DNA of 64,000 nucleotides, taken from the NCBI GenBank assembly GCA_051294375.1, contig CM119266.1, positions 26,447,387 through 26,511,386 on the forward strand, read 5' to 3'. Positions 25,270 through 37,132 of this stretch are shown here, in pieces. This stretch comes from Paraspadella gotoi (lineage: Eukaryota > Animalia > Chaetognatha). Position 1 is the stretch's first letter; each line of letters starts with the position of its first letter. The notes under the pieces are model-generated. The model saw only the letters and a program-made list of their open reading frames with translations. It was not told where the DNA came from and did no database searches. Position numbers and translations under genes: made by a program.

Positions 25270-25710
25270 TTATCGTCTCTATCGCTCTGCGTTTGCGACA
25301 ATTTTGCTGTATTTTCACACATAAATGGAGTCATCATCGTCGTCGTCATTTTCGGCGTTGTTGTCATATATATACAGCTTCTCATCATCGAGGTACTTGA
25401 AATTGGGTGAGGACAGTTATTAAATATGTTTAGTTTATGTTTTATCAAAATAAAAAAAATTTCTGATTTTATTTTTATGTCTCCTCTCTCTCTATACTCT
25501 TTTAATTATATATAGCTATCTCTCTCTCTCTTTTCCCCAGTGTTGATTCATGAAAAAAAAACGAGTCTGCAGCTGGATCTGTAGGGGCTCTTTCATTTTC
25601 TCTCTTTTCTCCTGCTGCTTCTGCTGCTTCTGCTGCTGCCTTTTGATTTCTTTCTTTTTTTCTGGCTGCCTCTGCTGCTGCCGCTGCTGATTCGTCTGAA
25701 AACGATTTGG

Positions 25711-25753
<43 letters not shown>

Positions 25754-25899
25754 CCCTCTGTCTCACTCTCTCTCTCTTTCTTTCTCTCTTTTTTTTTCAG
25801 GTTCTGCGTCTGCTGATCAGTTTATTTGTCAATGAAAAAGTTTTCTCCTGCTGCTACTGCTGATTCGTCCGAAAACGATTTGGCCTCTTTTTATTTTTC
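25270..25899 (+). mobile_element. 5' part of a HINE family B copy
   Basis: Starts TTATCGTCTCTATCGC...TTGCGACAAT like 51041-51073; CTG-rich body shared with 51340-51440 and 61320-61470. Confidence 0.6.
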
Positions 25900-26650
25900 G
25901 TCAGATCTGCTTTCAGCAGATCCCGACTCTATAATTCACTTTGTCGGTCCGCCCACTCAATCTTGATGGGCATTCACTTATATCATGTCAGAACATCGAA
26001 TTATGATAAATTATCAAAAAAAACGATGTCCGTTCGTCCGTCCGATCGTCCGTCCCACCTTAGAAAAAAATACCAATTACTTGTGATTCGATGGATGGAT
26101 TGGAATGATATTTTGTATGTGGGTAGGGAAGTGTGTGGTTGAGCTGGATATGAAGTTTCGATGGAATCGTCCGAGTGAAAATGAGTTTAAATGGAAAAAA
26201 CAAAAAAATATATTTCACTATTTGAACACCAATTACTCATGAGTGGATGGGGCGATTAATCAAGTTTCGATGGAATCGTTTGAGTGGAAATGAGTTTAAA
26301 TGGAAAAAACAAAGAACCTGTTTCACTAATTGATTGTTTCTTTTTATTTTAAATATAAATGCAAGATGTATTAATTAATAAAATAATTAATCAGTTAATT
26401 AATCAATTAGTCAATTAATTTATCAATAATTAATTAATCAGTCAATTAATCAATCAAAACAAACATTTTGGATCAAATTAATTAATTGCCTAATTAAATA
26501 AATAATAAACTTGAATAAATTAATTATTAATTAATTAAATAATTAACTTGAATTAATTATTAATTAATTATTAATTAATTATTAATTAATTATTAATTAA
26601 TTAATTATTAATTAATTAATTACCGATAATGACCGTGGGCAGATCCGACT
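25900..26650 (+). mobile_element. HINE/DINE-1-like element (family A), inverted relative to 23629-24379
   Basis: GTCAGATCTGC-TTTCA-GCAGATCCCGAC start, (GTCC)n, 3' subTIR GCAGATCCGAC. Confidence 0.8.
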
Positions 26651-29600
26651 TGAAATACAAGATGTATTAATTAATCAAATAATTATTCAGTTAATTAATC
26701 AATTAATTAATCAATAATTAATTAATCAGTCAATTAATCAATTTATTGTTCAATAAATCAATTTATTTATTTATTAATTATTATTTAATCAATCAATCAA
26801 GTCACATTCAATATCTTTCTTATCTGACGTCTCCTAGTAACGAAAAAAAAATATTTGTGGTAGCCTAGAACGTGCAACCTTCGCATCTTAAACAATAATC
26901 AGAATTCTCTCTCTTACTTTTGATTTGGCTCTTTAGCTCTCACTCTTTGCCTCACTCTTTCTCTGTCGCTTTTTTTTTGTTTCTGCATCAATTTCAGAAC
27001 TTTTGCTCACTTACTCAGCCTTGTTATGTCATAAACAATTAAACATGTCCAAATTTACCTTTCTATTTCTTTTGTTAATATTATAATTTCTATAATTACA
27101 GTCTTTGATACATTAAAAAATAATTCCTATCAATGTTATAAGGAGGAAAAAAACTTATTAATTTTTTTTAATTTAAAAAACATTACAGTATTATTATTAA
27201 AAGTAATGGTTTATCAAAATTAATAGAAAATGATCGTAATAACATAAGATAAGAAAAACTGTCCTCCATATCCCTCTTGAATACTTATGGAAGGAACATA
27301 AATGAAAAAAAAAAGAAAAAACGAAATTTAAAAAAAAACTTTTTCAGACCATGCTTACAAAGAATTATAATTTTGCATAAAAAATAAATAACAAAAAAAT
27401 AAAAACATCAGATTGTGACAAAATCGATTGGAAAAATCTGATTTTTTTCAAAATGCAAAATTATTTCTCAAGTTCCTTATTTATAATTCTCCATGAGACA
27501 AATGTTTTTTCGAAAATTAAAATATTCAACTTTTTATTAATAAAAATCATTTTAATAGGCTCCACAGTACGATCGAGTCTTTTAGACAACGAAATCTGAA
27601 CTTACATGTAATTACCATCTTTCTTAGATCTCATCTGTTTAAGTATGAAAAAGCTTACCTCATTTAAAAAAACGGTAGTCTCAGTTATCTCCTTCACAAC
27701 TTATCACTTAGAACTTCCAAAAGGATAATAATTTCTATGAGTATAAAACACGGTAAGACATGATTTCTCTCATATGATTGTTTATCTAATCTCATATCTA
27801 ACTGTTAACTATTTAACTTATGACTTCTAAGCATGTTGACTTTTTAGTATAGATCATTTTTAAAGATCGAATTCCTCATAAGACATCTCTACTGTCTTCT
27901 TTACTTACATAACAAGTTCTTTAGTGTAAGACGCCACCACTATCTCGCATACAATTTTTTTTCTTTTCAACGCTTTCCCTGATTCTTTTCTTCACTCTTT
28001 CTTCTCTTCTTATATTTCCTCTTCTCTTCCTCCCTTACTTTCCCTCAATCTGTACACATACCATGTTTCTACGCACCCCTACCTTTTTCTGCGATTCATG
28101 GCACTTTCCTCCACCTTTTTTCTCTCCTTCTCTTTTCCCTTTCTTTTCCCTTCTTTTTCTTTCAATCTTTCCCCTCATTCCTACCTTTTATTTACTCACA
28201 TTTTTTCCCCCATTTGCCTATTTTTGTTTGCTCTTTGGCCCCATTTCATTTTCTCCCTTCTTCCTTTTCTGTCTTTCTCTTTCTTACCCTCTCAACACGT
28301 TTACATTGCAGCCATATCAAAGAAAATCTTTCAATATTGCATATCATAAGAAAGATCATTTAACGGTCAACGGAGGGTCTTTTATTTCAGTTTCTGGATG
28401 TCCCTAGCACAATTTAGCTTACAATTCAGCAGATTCTTGCGGAATCAATATTCTCGCAAACAATCTGCTCATCTTTCAGAAAAACACAAAGTTCCTCGAC
28501 GCTTTCCATTGGGTTAAATGGGGATGCGGTTTTTTTTTGTTTGCTTCTAACGTCTAGAGATCACCCGAATCTGGTTTTAAAACTTAATAAATGACTTGAA
28601 ATATATCTTTCCTTTTATCATAAATAAATGCAAGTCACACAAAAGTTACCAAATTAAAATTTGTCTTTAATAAATTATTTGCTCGGCCTAAAGAAAAGAG
28701 TCTTTATTTCATAATTTGTATGGTGTTAAAAGCTTATTTGTGGACTGCTATCTTTTCCTGTTAGTTCTACAGCCATATTAAACTATTCTTTGTTATCAAT
28801 CTTAATAAAAACGTAAACTGACGACTTTTGATTGTCACTTTTAAAAATGATTATAAGTGAACTATGACATGATATAACACTCAGAAAATATTTACCTCAC
28901 TCAAGGGTGAAGACAAGTATAGTGGGAAGAAAGGAATCTCCAAATAAACAAAATTTTCTCCAACTTCCCCTTGGCATTCAACAATCTGAAGAACGAAGTG
29001 AAAATGACAAAAAACTCGCGACATAATTTTTTTTCTAAAAACAGTGCAAAAACTGTACTCTTATATGATAGAAATAGCTGACATGTTTAACCAATCGTAT
29101 TTTTGGTCCTAATTTATATTATGGTTGGCAAATTAAATTACATTTTGTTAAATAGTAACTGAACAATACTGGACAGAATAGTTTTTCTCTGAATCAGAGG
29201 ATTCTAAGCAGAGCTATACTAAACTTTAAAATATTGTTATAAAAATTTATACCTAAAGTTCTAAGAAGATGCTTTTCCCAAAAATGTCTCTTAGAATCTT
29301 TCTTAAAAACGCCAAACAAGTCACAGCCACAAAAATGAATACAAAAACTAGAAAAAAGCAATATTGTTTTGTCATTCTGATTTAGAGATATTTGGTTGAT
29401 TGTTAAGCCTTAAATTTCCTTTAAATGAAAAAATTATAGGTTTAAAAGATAGCTCTTGATCTCTAGTAGTAAATTGAGTTTGAATATAACTTTTTTTAAT
29501 AAACAAGTTTAACCCAGATCAATTACAATAACGATGGTAAGAAATTTTGTCACCGTTTTAAGCTACTTTTAGCCTGATTTTTTACATATTTTGATTATCT

Positions 29601-30009
29601 TTGCGATCGTACTGATGAAAAACAGTCATGTAAAGAGAGCCTATGTTCGTTTGAATATATGGCATATGTTAGTAATCAGACAGAGCATAAATTTTGGTCA
29701 CAAGATAAAAAATTTTGCATGAGAATAGCGTGAATAAGTTTTTCCACGAGACTGTGCACCGCGACTTATACTTTCTTTTCGTTTTTAAATTGAATGTGAT
29801 GTTAAGTCTTAACTTCAGATCAAAATTTTTTACTAAAATGTGGACTGTAGTAGAAATCGAGCGACTAATTGAGAAATAACAGCGCGCCGAATGTTGAAAC
29901 ATTTTGAACATTGGAATATTTCAGTTTCCTTACTTTTCCCCCACTTATTATTAAAACAAGAATGATTTTTTTGTAGCCAGATATTTTCTTATGTTTTTTC
30001 ACGACTCAC

Positions 30010-30227
30010 TTAATTCAAGAGACGAATCTTCTGCGGCTGCCATTTCGTCATATCCCGATAAGACATTATCGAAGGACGAGATTTTTTCGCGGGAGGTGGA
30101 AGGAAGTCGCGCCGTATCTGGTCGAGTCCGAGGGGTCGAGGTCACCGATGATCGTCGCGCGGTTTGCGGTCGAGAGATGGTCCTGCGGGACTCGCAACCA
30201 GCGACTTCCATTCGGTGAAGGGAATCT
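30010..30227 (-). CDS. SPATA7: SPATA7 homologue, exon 3
   Basis: TAG acceptor 30230-30228 (phase 2, AG+A=Arg); GTGAGT donor at 30009 (phase 1, A+GC=Ser into exon 4 across a 12.5-kb intron). Confidence 0.75.
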
Positions 30228-30699
30228 CTATGGCCGAATTTTAATTACAAAATGTAAATGGCACGACCAATATAGAGATTATATATCATTAAATAAAAAC
30301 TAAGCTATCTCGCCAAAATTTAATTTTTTGTTCAATTTAGATAATTAAAAATATTTTAATATTATAAATTCGTGTACAAATTAGAGTTTTTACTTTAAAC
30401 AACGATATAATTGTTTAACGGACATGTTTCGACTCTGTTTCGACTCTTTTTCAGATGACGGAGTCGAAACATAATTACATAAATATTATAAATAAAACTG
30501 TGGTAATAACTTCTCTCTCTCTCTCTCTCCCCCTTCTTTCACACAAAAAACTGTCCAAAATTTCACAAATCATTGACGCCGAAGAAGGCTTGCATTCAAA
30601 GCCGAAACATGTACGTTTTTCTATGAAAATAAAAATTCGTTGTGAATTAAAACCATTTTACCTCTATAAATTAGAACCAAATTCCGAAACTCGATCCCA

Positions 30700-32035
30700 A
30701 ACCTTTTTTCGTAATATTTTTATATTTTTGGATAGAGAATGACTGGAATAATGTAAATCTTAAGTTATATCTAAATTGGCCAATGGGTTTAGAAGAAATC
30801 GACCAAAAACAACCAAAATTCCTCTCCCTTTTTTCAACATTTTCGCCTTTTAAGATTTTCGCCGATTCTGACTTCCTCTTACAAACTTATAATTCCGCTA
30901 GTTAATTTTTTTTCCTTTCATGAGCGAAAGGAATCCACAACTTTCTAATATTTTATAATTTCTAGGTAAAAAAAGTGTAATGTCTTGTGAAGCCTGTGAA
31001 AGTTGAGTAATTAAAAAAATTGCCTATTTTATTATTAAAAAATGGAAATTAAAGTGAAGAAGTTGAACATCTTCTGGCTCCTTTCAGTAAACATCCCTGT
31101 TCTCTAAAATAGGATAATGTTTACTTTTTGCTGGTGGAAAAGAAAGATAAATACTTAGACTGTGATGGGGTGAATAATATTTTGTAGAATTTTGTAAGCA
31201 TGCTTGTAAAATCAGACAAGCAATTATTTAAGTGATAAACAATTTACATTTTCTTTATCCAAAAAACTTTTAAGTTTTACTAGAGTACAATTTAGCTTTT
31301 TTTCTTTCAGAATCATTAAAAAGAATTTAATTTTTATTTATTCTTATGGGGTGTCATTAGTTTTAAAATTAATTATAATTTTGACTTAGTTTGACACTCA
31401 CCCTGTAAAGAGATTTCAGCAAAAATAATTATAAAATTGTATCTTGAATGTGCCCTATGATTATGGCTTCATTTTGGTACTATTGCCAACCATTTATCTT
31501 TGTTCCTTCAAAAGATATTAGGAAAAATAAGTTTTTTCTCTTAACCTTCCTTTTAATTTCTTTTTAAATAAAAATTTCGCGATGAAAACTGGACCAATTC
31601 ACTTTACCATGTTGGTTTAATATGAAAAAATTGGTCAATAATAAAAAGAAAAATAGAACGAGCTCTAGGGACACAAGGCTTTTGGAATCTCATAATTCAA
31701 AGGACCATTTATAATGCTAACATACCCTAATCCCGTTTGTAATTTTAAAAAAGTGAAATTTCCCTTTCATTTCTATAGTAAAAATGAGTTTTGAAAATCC
31801 TCCGGAGATGAGTAGTTCATTTCCCCTGGCTTGTTTGATAGTAAAATCTTTATCAAAAGCCACAAGAAGAAAGGAACGAGCTCTTGAGATGCAAAGCTGT
31901 CGGAATCGGGTGTTTTTACAACTGTTTTCTACCGGAATTTCTTGCAGGCTCGTTTGTAAAGTTGGGCAGTCAGATTCGAACGGAAATCTCTATTAGAAAA
32001 ATGTTGAATTTTTTTTTAAGCAAGATTTTCGCCTA
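30700..32035. repeat. ~1.3-kb interspersed repeat, inverted partner of 20105-21495
   Basis: Reverse-complement similarity; fills most of SPATA7 intron 2. Confidence 0.75.
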
Positions 32036-32093
32036 TATAAATAAAACTAAATCATAGACTAATACGGTAGACGTTGCTGTCGTTGCTGGTTAC

Positions 32094-32200
32094 CTTTTTT
32101 TCGTGTTAGTGTAAAAGCATTTTGGTGTGGAAGTGTCAACCACACTTTTGACAGAAGATATCTTCTTGTAATGAGCGTTCATGTTGAGCATAATGTTGTA
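32094..32200 (-). CDS. SPATA7: SPATA7 homologue, exon 2 (not in ORF track)
   Basis: TTTTAG acceptor, GTAACC donor. YNIMLNMNAHYKKISSVKSVVDTSTP resembles SPATA7 HMAVHYNKILSAKAAVDCSVP. Confidence 0.85.
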
Positions 32201-32270
32201 CTAAAACAATGCAAAGAAAGCATAAACTATTTTTTCAAAACAAGGAATATAAAATCATTTAATTTCTAAC

Positions 32271-32384
32271 CTGTGCTATCCATTTTGAGGGCAAAGGGGA
32301 TAATGGGCCGCTTTTGGTGACCATGTTTCCTCTCATAGAAGAACCAGCGGTGGTTTTATGCGATTGGACTGACTGCATGATCAT
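32271..32384 (-). CDS. SPATA7: SPATA7 homologue, exon 1 (not in ORF track)
   Basis: MIMQSVQSHKTTAGSSMRGNMVTKSGPLSPLPSKWIAQ, then CAG|GTTAGA donor and a 70-nt intron. RGNMVTKS resembles SPATA7 KGHLSTKS. The six exons total 1743 nt = 580 aa + stop. Confidence 0.75.
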
Positions 32385-32476
32385 TTAAGTGTATTGTAAT
32401 TGGTAAGCAGTCGATGTATTAGGGAGTACTATGCATTATTAAATATTCATGAGAGGGAATGCAGTTCTGTTTTTTC

Positions 32477-32490
32477 GTTTCCAAAGAGAT
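32477..32490 (-). promoter_or_regulatory. Candidate RFX X-box upstream of SPATA7
   Basis: Minus strand ATCTCTTTGGAAAC fits RTHNYYWTRRNRAC, about 100 bp upstream of the ATG of a ciliary gene; a second, imperfect box lies at 32495-32508. Confidence 0.5.
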
Positions 32491-32792
32491 TTTAGGTTCT
32501 ATGAAAACAAATGCCTAACGGAAATTCCAAGTTTTGTATTTTAATTATTTTAGCCAACTAATTAATGTCTTAATGACAGAAATATTTTCGTCACATTTTT
32601 TATTTGAAATTTTTTGCTTAAATATTTGTATTTTTTATCTTTATCTGATTAAACAACGACATTATTTTGAAGAATTTGAATGTTCCCTGACTGCGTTTTG
32701 GTAAGGCTGATCCTGTTCTTCCTGTTTCAAGCTACTGGATTTCGACCTGCATACTGCGGGTCTGTTTTAGTTGAATTCGGATTGATTTTAAA

Positions 32793-32957
32793 ATGGATCG
32801 ACTCGCGTCTATGCCTTCGGGTCGTTTTGACATTCTCATAGCTTATCAAAAGTTTCTTAACATCCCTAAATTTTCTTTTGAGTGTGAATACTGCCATTTA
32901 CGGGTCAGCAATCCCAAGTTACTGCAGCATCATAAAAATATTCAACATGAAGATGAT
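32793..32957 (+). CDS. C2H2 zinc-finger protein, exon 1
   Basis: ATG at 32793; FECEYCHLRVSNPKLLQHHKNIQH finger; GTAAGT donor at 32958, phase 0. Confidence 0.8.
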
Positions 32958-33019
32958 GTAAGTTTAAATATTCACGATTTGTAAATTGCAGGTTCAAAAT
33001 TTATTACCTTTTTTATCAG

Positions 33020-34783
33020 AGTCAAACCGATCAGCACAAAATTCAAGCTTTGGCATTTGATGAATTCTGGGACCGCATAAGGGTTAATGCCCCTCTTAAT
33101 TATTTCATCAACAATTATTCCTGCCAAAAACATAATGCACCTACAAAGTCAAATTTGCTTTGCTCGGAGACTTTAGATGTAGCTAAAGTTAACTCTCTTC
33201 AAAAATTACCTGCCTCTTCGGAGCAACAGAAAAAAGCTGTCGACAAGCGAGTTGCAAACCAGGATTGCATAGAATTATCCTCTTCTGATGAAGGTTTAAC
33301 TGAAGTTGAAAATTTATTCCCATTTATTCATAAAAATTCTGTGGAGAAACTTTCACAATCTGAAACTCAGAAACAGTCAAATTCTGCTGGGAGAGTTTCA
33401 ACAAAAATATCGGAGAACCCGGAATATGGTGATCAAGTTTCAGATTTAATTCCTGATATCGAAAAAATAAATTATTCTTCAGGAGTTAAAGAGGAAAAGA
33501 ACCAATTATCCGATATATCGAGTAATTTGTCTAATTCAGATTGTGTCGAGGAACAAAGAAAATCTCCTTTGGTGTTTTATATTAAGGATTTGCAACGAAG
33601 TAGCAAGTTTTTAAACAAGAATGGTTCGGAAGCGGAGACGAGCTTAGATTATTCGAGGTCAAAACCGTTTAACTCGGCATCTGTTAGTAATATTTATGAC
33701 CAAATTAAAAAAGGATCAAGGAGAGAAAATTCAAAAGAGAAAGAGCTTAAGAAAAAAAAATTGAAATCTGAGAAGTCTTCTTCCAAGAGGCATATACCTT
33801 CTAAGTTAGAGAAGCGATTATCATATTCCAACGGTGTTTTTTCTCAAAATGAAAGTAAGAAAAAGCATCTGGTTCATAAAGTAAGCGAAAAATTCTTAAA
33901 TGTTTTGCCAGAAGACAAAGTTGATGTTCAAAGAAAGCGGCGTGCGAAGGAAATTGAGGAAATTGGTCAACGCGATGAAGATATGCAGGAAAAACAACAA
34001 GCTGAAGTGAAAAAAAAACGTAAAAAATTTAAAAATGTAACTTACACTTCCTTTAAAGATGAGCGATATGAATTTGATGAAAGTGATGATACTCGATCAT
34101 ATTCAGATGATCCAACAATCGTGAGTTCAATAATTCCTTTAAACTTAAAAAACCAAGGAAATATGTCGAAGAATTCGGGCGAGGAAAAGTCAAATGATTT
34201 TAGTTCCTATTTACAATCTAAAAAATGGTTTAAACAAATTGGTCCTTCAGGAGAATTGATACTTATAAGCGGTGATGACATTTCTTTTCAACCATTGGTC
34301 GACGCTTTAGAAGGAGATACAAAGGAAGGTAGTCAAACAGTTGTGCTTAGCTCTAAATATTCAGTTGTCAGTGTTGACGACAATTATAAGAACAAAGTAA
34401 AAGAAATTAATGGAAAGAAAACGCTGTCTAGTGACCTCACTGAATCGATTACTGTTAAGAATGAAAATGTATATGATCATAACCTTCAGGAGCCTACAAA
34501 AGACTTAGTCACCTTGTGCTATTTTTGTTTAAGTGAAACAATTTTCTTTGAAGGAACACTGGACAACTTTCGTGGGCATCTTTGGAAACACTTGATTGAA
34601 TATGATACAGAGGCAGAGTGTCCCTTAGATTGTGATGAAGAGTTCAATAGTGATTTAAGAGAAATGGCTATTCATTTCTTTACCAAACACCAGGGTTTAC
34701 CTGCTGTTTTATGTAGTTTTTGTGAAAGTAATTTCTTATTTGAACACGAGTTATATGCTCATGTTTGCCCAAAATGTAAATAA
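33020..34783 (+). CDS. C2H2 zinc-finger protein, exon 2 (about 642 aa in total)
   Basis: CAG acceptor after a 62-nt intron, in frame with the 577-aa ORF; long K/E/S-rich linker with basic NLS-like runs; three C-terminal fingers (CYFC..HLWKH, CPLDC..HFFTKH, CSFC..HVC). Confidence 0.85.
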   Translation, partial: SQTDQHKIQALAFDEFWDRIRVNAPLNYFINNYSCQKHNAPTKSNLLCSETLDVAKVNSLQKLPASSEQQKKAVDKRVANQDCIELSSSDEGLTEVENLFPFIHKNSVEKLSQSETQKQSNSAGRVSTKISENPEYGDQVSDLIPDIEKINYSSGVKEEKNQLSDISSNLSNSDCVEEQRKSPLVFYIKDLQRSSKFLNKNGSEAETSLDYSRSKPFNSASVSNIYDQIKKGSRRENSKEKELKKKKLKSEKSSSKRHIPSKLEKRLSYSNGVFSQNESKKKHLVHKVSEKFLNVLPEDKVDVQRKRRAKEIEEIGQRDEDMQEKQQAEVKKKRKKFKNVTYTSFKDERYEFDESDDTRSYSDDPTIVSSIIPLNLKNQGNMSKNSGEEKSNDFSSYLQSKKWFKQIGPSGELILISGDDISFQPLVDALEGDTKEGSQTVVLSSKYSVVSVDDNYKNKVKEINGKKTLSSDLTESITVKNENVYDHNLQEPTKDLVTLCYFCLSETIFFEGTLDNFRGHLWKHLIEYDTEAECPLDCDEEFNSDLREMAIHFFTKHQGLPAVLCSFCESNFLFEHELYAHVCPKCK

Positions 34784-36154
34784 ATTTAATTCCGCCTTTA
34801 AGTGTACTAGCACTAAGTATATTTTATTTTATAAGAGACGCACTTTTTAGTTCATGGTTAAGAGTTTATACCTAATGAGTTCATAATTTTTAATAATTAT
34901 TCATAATTCAATAATTCATAATTTTTAATAATTTATATTGAGAACAAAGTATTATAATCGTCCTGTTCAAGATATTTAAGAATGTTTTTAACCATCTTGA
35001 AAACTGATTAATATGTAATCTGTGAAATGCATCTACCATATCCATATTCAATACTGATTGTCCATTAAATCACTATTCAATAAATTCTTCTGATAATATA
35101 AATATTGTTTTGATTTATGAAATGCGACTTAAACCGAATGTCTTGACGTCCCCGAAATTATTTATTGCTCGCGGATCAATAACAAAATATTGCGCTGATG
35201 AAAACAAAAATATATTTTCTTCTTAAAGGCTACTACCGCAACGAGAAGATAAATCCAAAACAATGTAATTTACTATTCTATTTTGCTAGTTTTACCTTTT
35301 AATTTAATCGCATTTTAACTGCACTGTCTTTTTACCGCATTCCAAGTTTCTTATTTTCATATATTGAAATAAAATATCTTCAAGGGAACACGAATCCACA
35401 TTATATCCTATATATATATGAAATTGGTACAACCAATATAATATAATGGTGGAGATGTTCCACCTTACACTATAATCAGGCAGTGCAGTTGCAGTACTTG
35501 GGTCAAAAGTCGACTAAATCAGTGGCTGCGCCAATACATGTAAATTGCTTTCTCGGGATTCAACTCAACTGTTTCTTCGGCAGAAATACAATTTTGCAAG
35601 TTGAAAAGTTATTTTGTAAATTAAAATAATATTTGAATTTATTATTGTAATTATTATTGTAATTGTATTTGTAGGATTCATTTGACTTCAGAGTATACGA
35701 TTTTTTGGTTTATTTAAAAAATGCTGACCAAAAATACTTTAGTTTAAAATTCTTTACAGCATCTGTGAAAGACGATGCCGTGAGCAGTTCACCGTCCGTT
35801 CACACAAGGTCCAAAACTTCGGATCGGGCTGTAGTCCTTCACTAGAGGTGGGTTCAACACCCTGTCGCGCTTTGTGTGAATAAGCAGGGCGCGAACACGA
35901 GTCCTTTGGGTTGGGAGGAGCTCGTGCTACCTCCGGCGCTAAAGCTGCTGCTGATTCTCAGGATTTGAAATACTAGTTTTACTACCGCTACGCATCGGTC
36001 TATAATTTTTTGTATTTTTTTGCATTTCGCAGACGTAGTCAGTGACTTATTAAGTTTAATCTTTTGGAGATAGAAGTAAATATGTAGTAACTAATGTAAT
36101 TCTTGTAGTATTTCATTGTCAAGTTACCTTTTGGTAATCTTAAGATAGCATGAT

Positions 36155-36590
36155 ATAAAATTGGTACAATCAATATAAAAATTATCCATAAATTTAATAA
36201 ATAAGCGATCTTGCCCCTGACTTTGGACAAGGCAATGGTGGTTTAAGACCTCCATCACTCTAACAAGATAATAACCTTATGATATTTGATAAAATATAAA
36301 GTATTTATATAATAATAATACAATATACTTAAGGGAGTGGTCTTTTCATACAATTGAAACATTCTTTGAAACATTATACCACTTCATTGATAAGGGAAGC
36401 CAGGTACTCTGGGAGTGAATAAACGAAACTGTGAGAGAGTCTTGATTGAAAGCTTGCAGGGACCTGCTATGTCATTATCTTGTAAGAGTGATGGAGGCTT
36501 TAAACCACCAAAGCCTGTCCAAAGTCAGGGGCAAGATAGCTTATTTATTAAATGAATGGATAATTTTTATATTGGTTGTACCAATTTCAT
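36155..36590. mobile_element. Young ~260-bp dispersed repeat in inverted arrangement (possibly Penelope-like pLTR)
   Basis: 36155-36270 is the reverse complement of 36475-36590; near-identical copies at 45469-45735, 45795-45948, 60756-61000, 61777-62017. Confidence 0.6.
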
Positions 36591-37132
36591 AAATATTTTT
36601 TAAAATTTTTTTATTGAATCATATTAATAGTTTAACTGCCTGCTCTCCTTTCGCCTTGTCCGTTATTTTTCAGAAGTGCCAGCTGCAGCGCCGTTCCTGC
36701 GCTGCATTACCGAACTTACCTTTTTCTAGTACATTACGTAAACTGAATATGCAGGTTTAAATATTAGAAAGTTAGTTTCATTTTTCATTGACTTGGCTTT
36801 CATCAGTACAATAAAAATTATATATCTAACTTATGTAAATAGTTTTTTTTGTAAAGATAAAATAATAAATAACATTTTTTTTAAAAAATGTTACAGATAT
36901 ATTGCTTACTTATAATTTTTTTTAAATAGTTTATTTATTAATGACTATCCTTTGGCTATTTACGGTTAATGATTATATGAAAAAACAGGTTTTGCATTCC
37001 AGCGTTCGAGGTAAGTTGAAAGCAGACTCATCAGGGAGTTGTCCCTCTCTTATCGAAATATCTTTCGCCATTTTTTTACCAAGATTTTTCATTGCGTTTC
37101 ATTAAAGGTCCACAATCTAATTACTGTCAAAA

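Noticed and set aside
29999-30211. ATG at 30211 as the SPATA7 start
   Set aside because: An in-phase acceptor at 30228 and two upstream exons with SPATA7 motifs make it an internal Met.
35820-35870. tRNA gene
   Set aside because: A B-box-like motif is present but no cloverleaf or acceptor stem can be formed.
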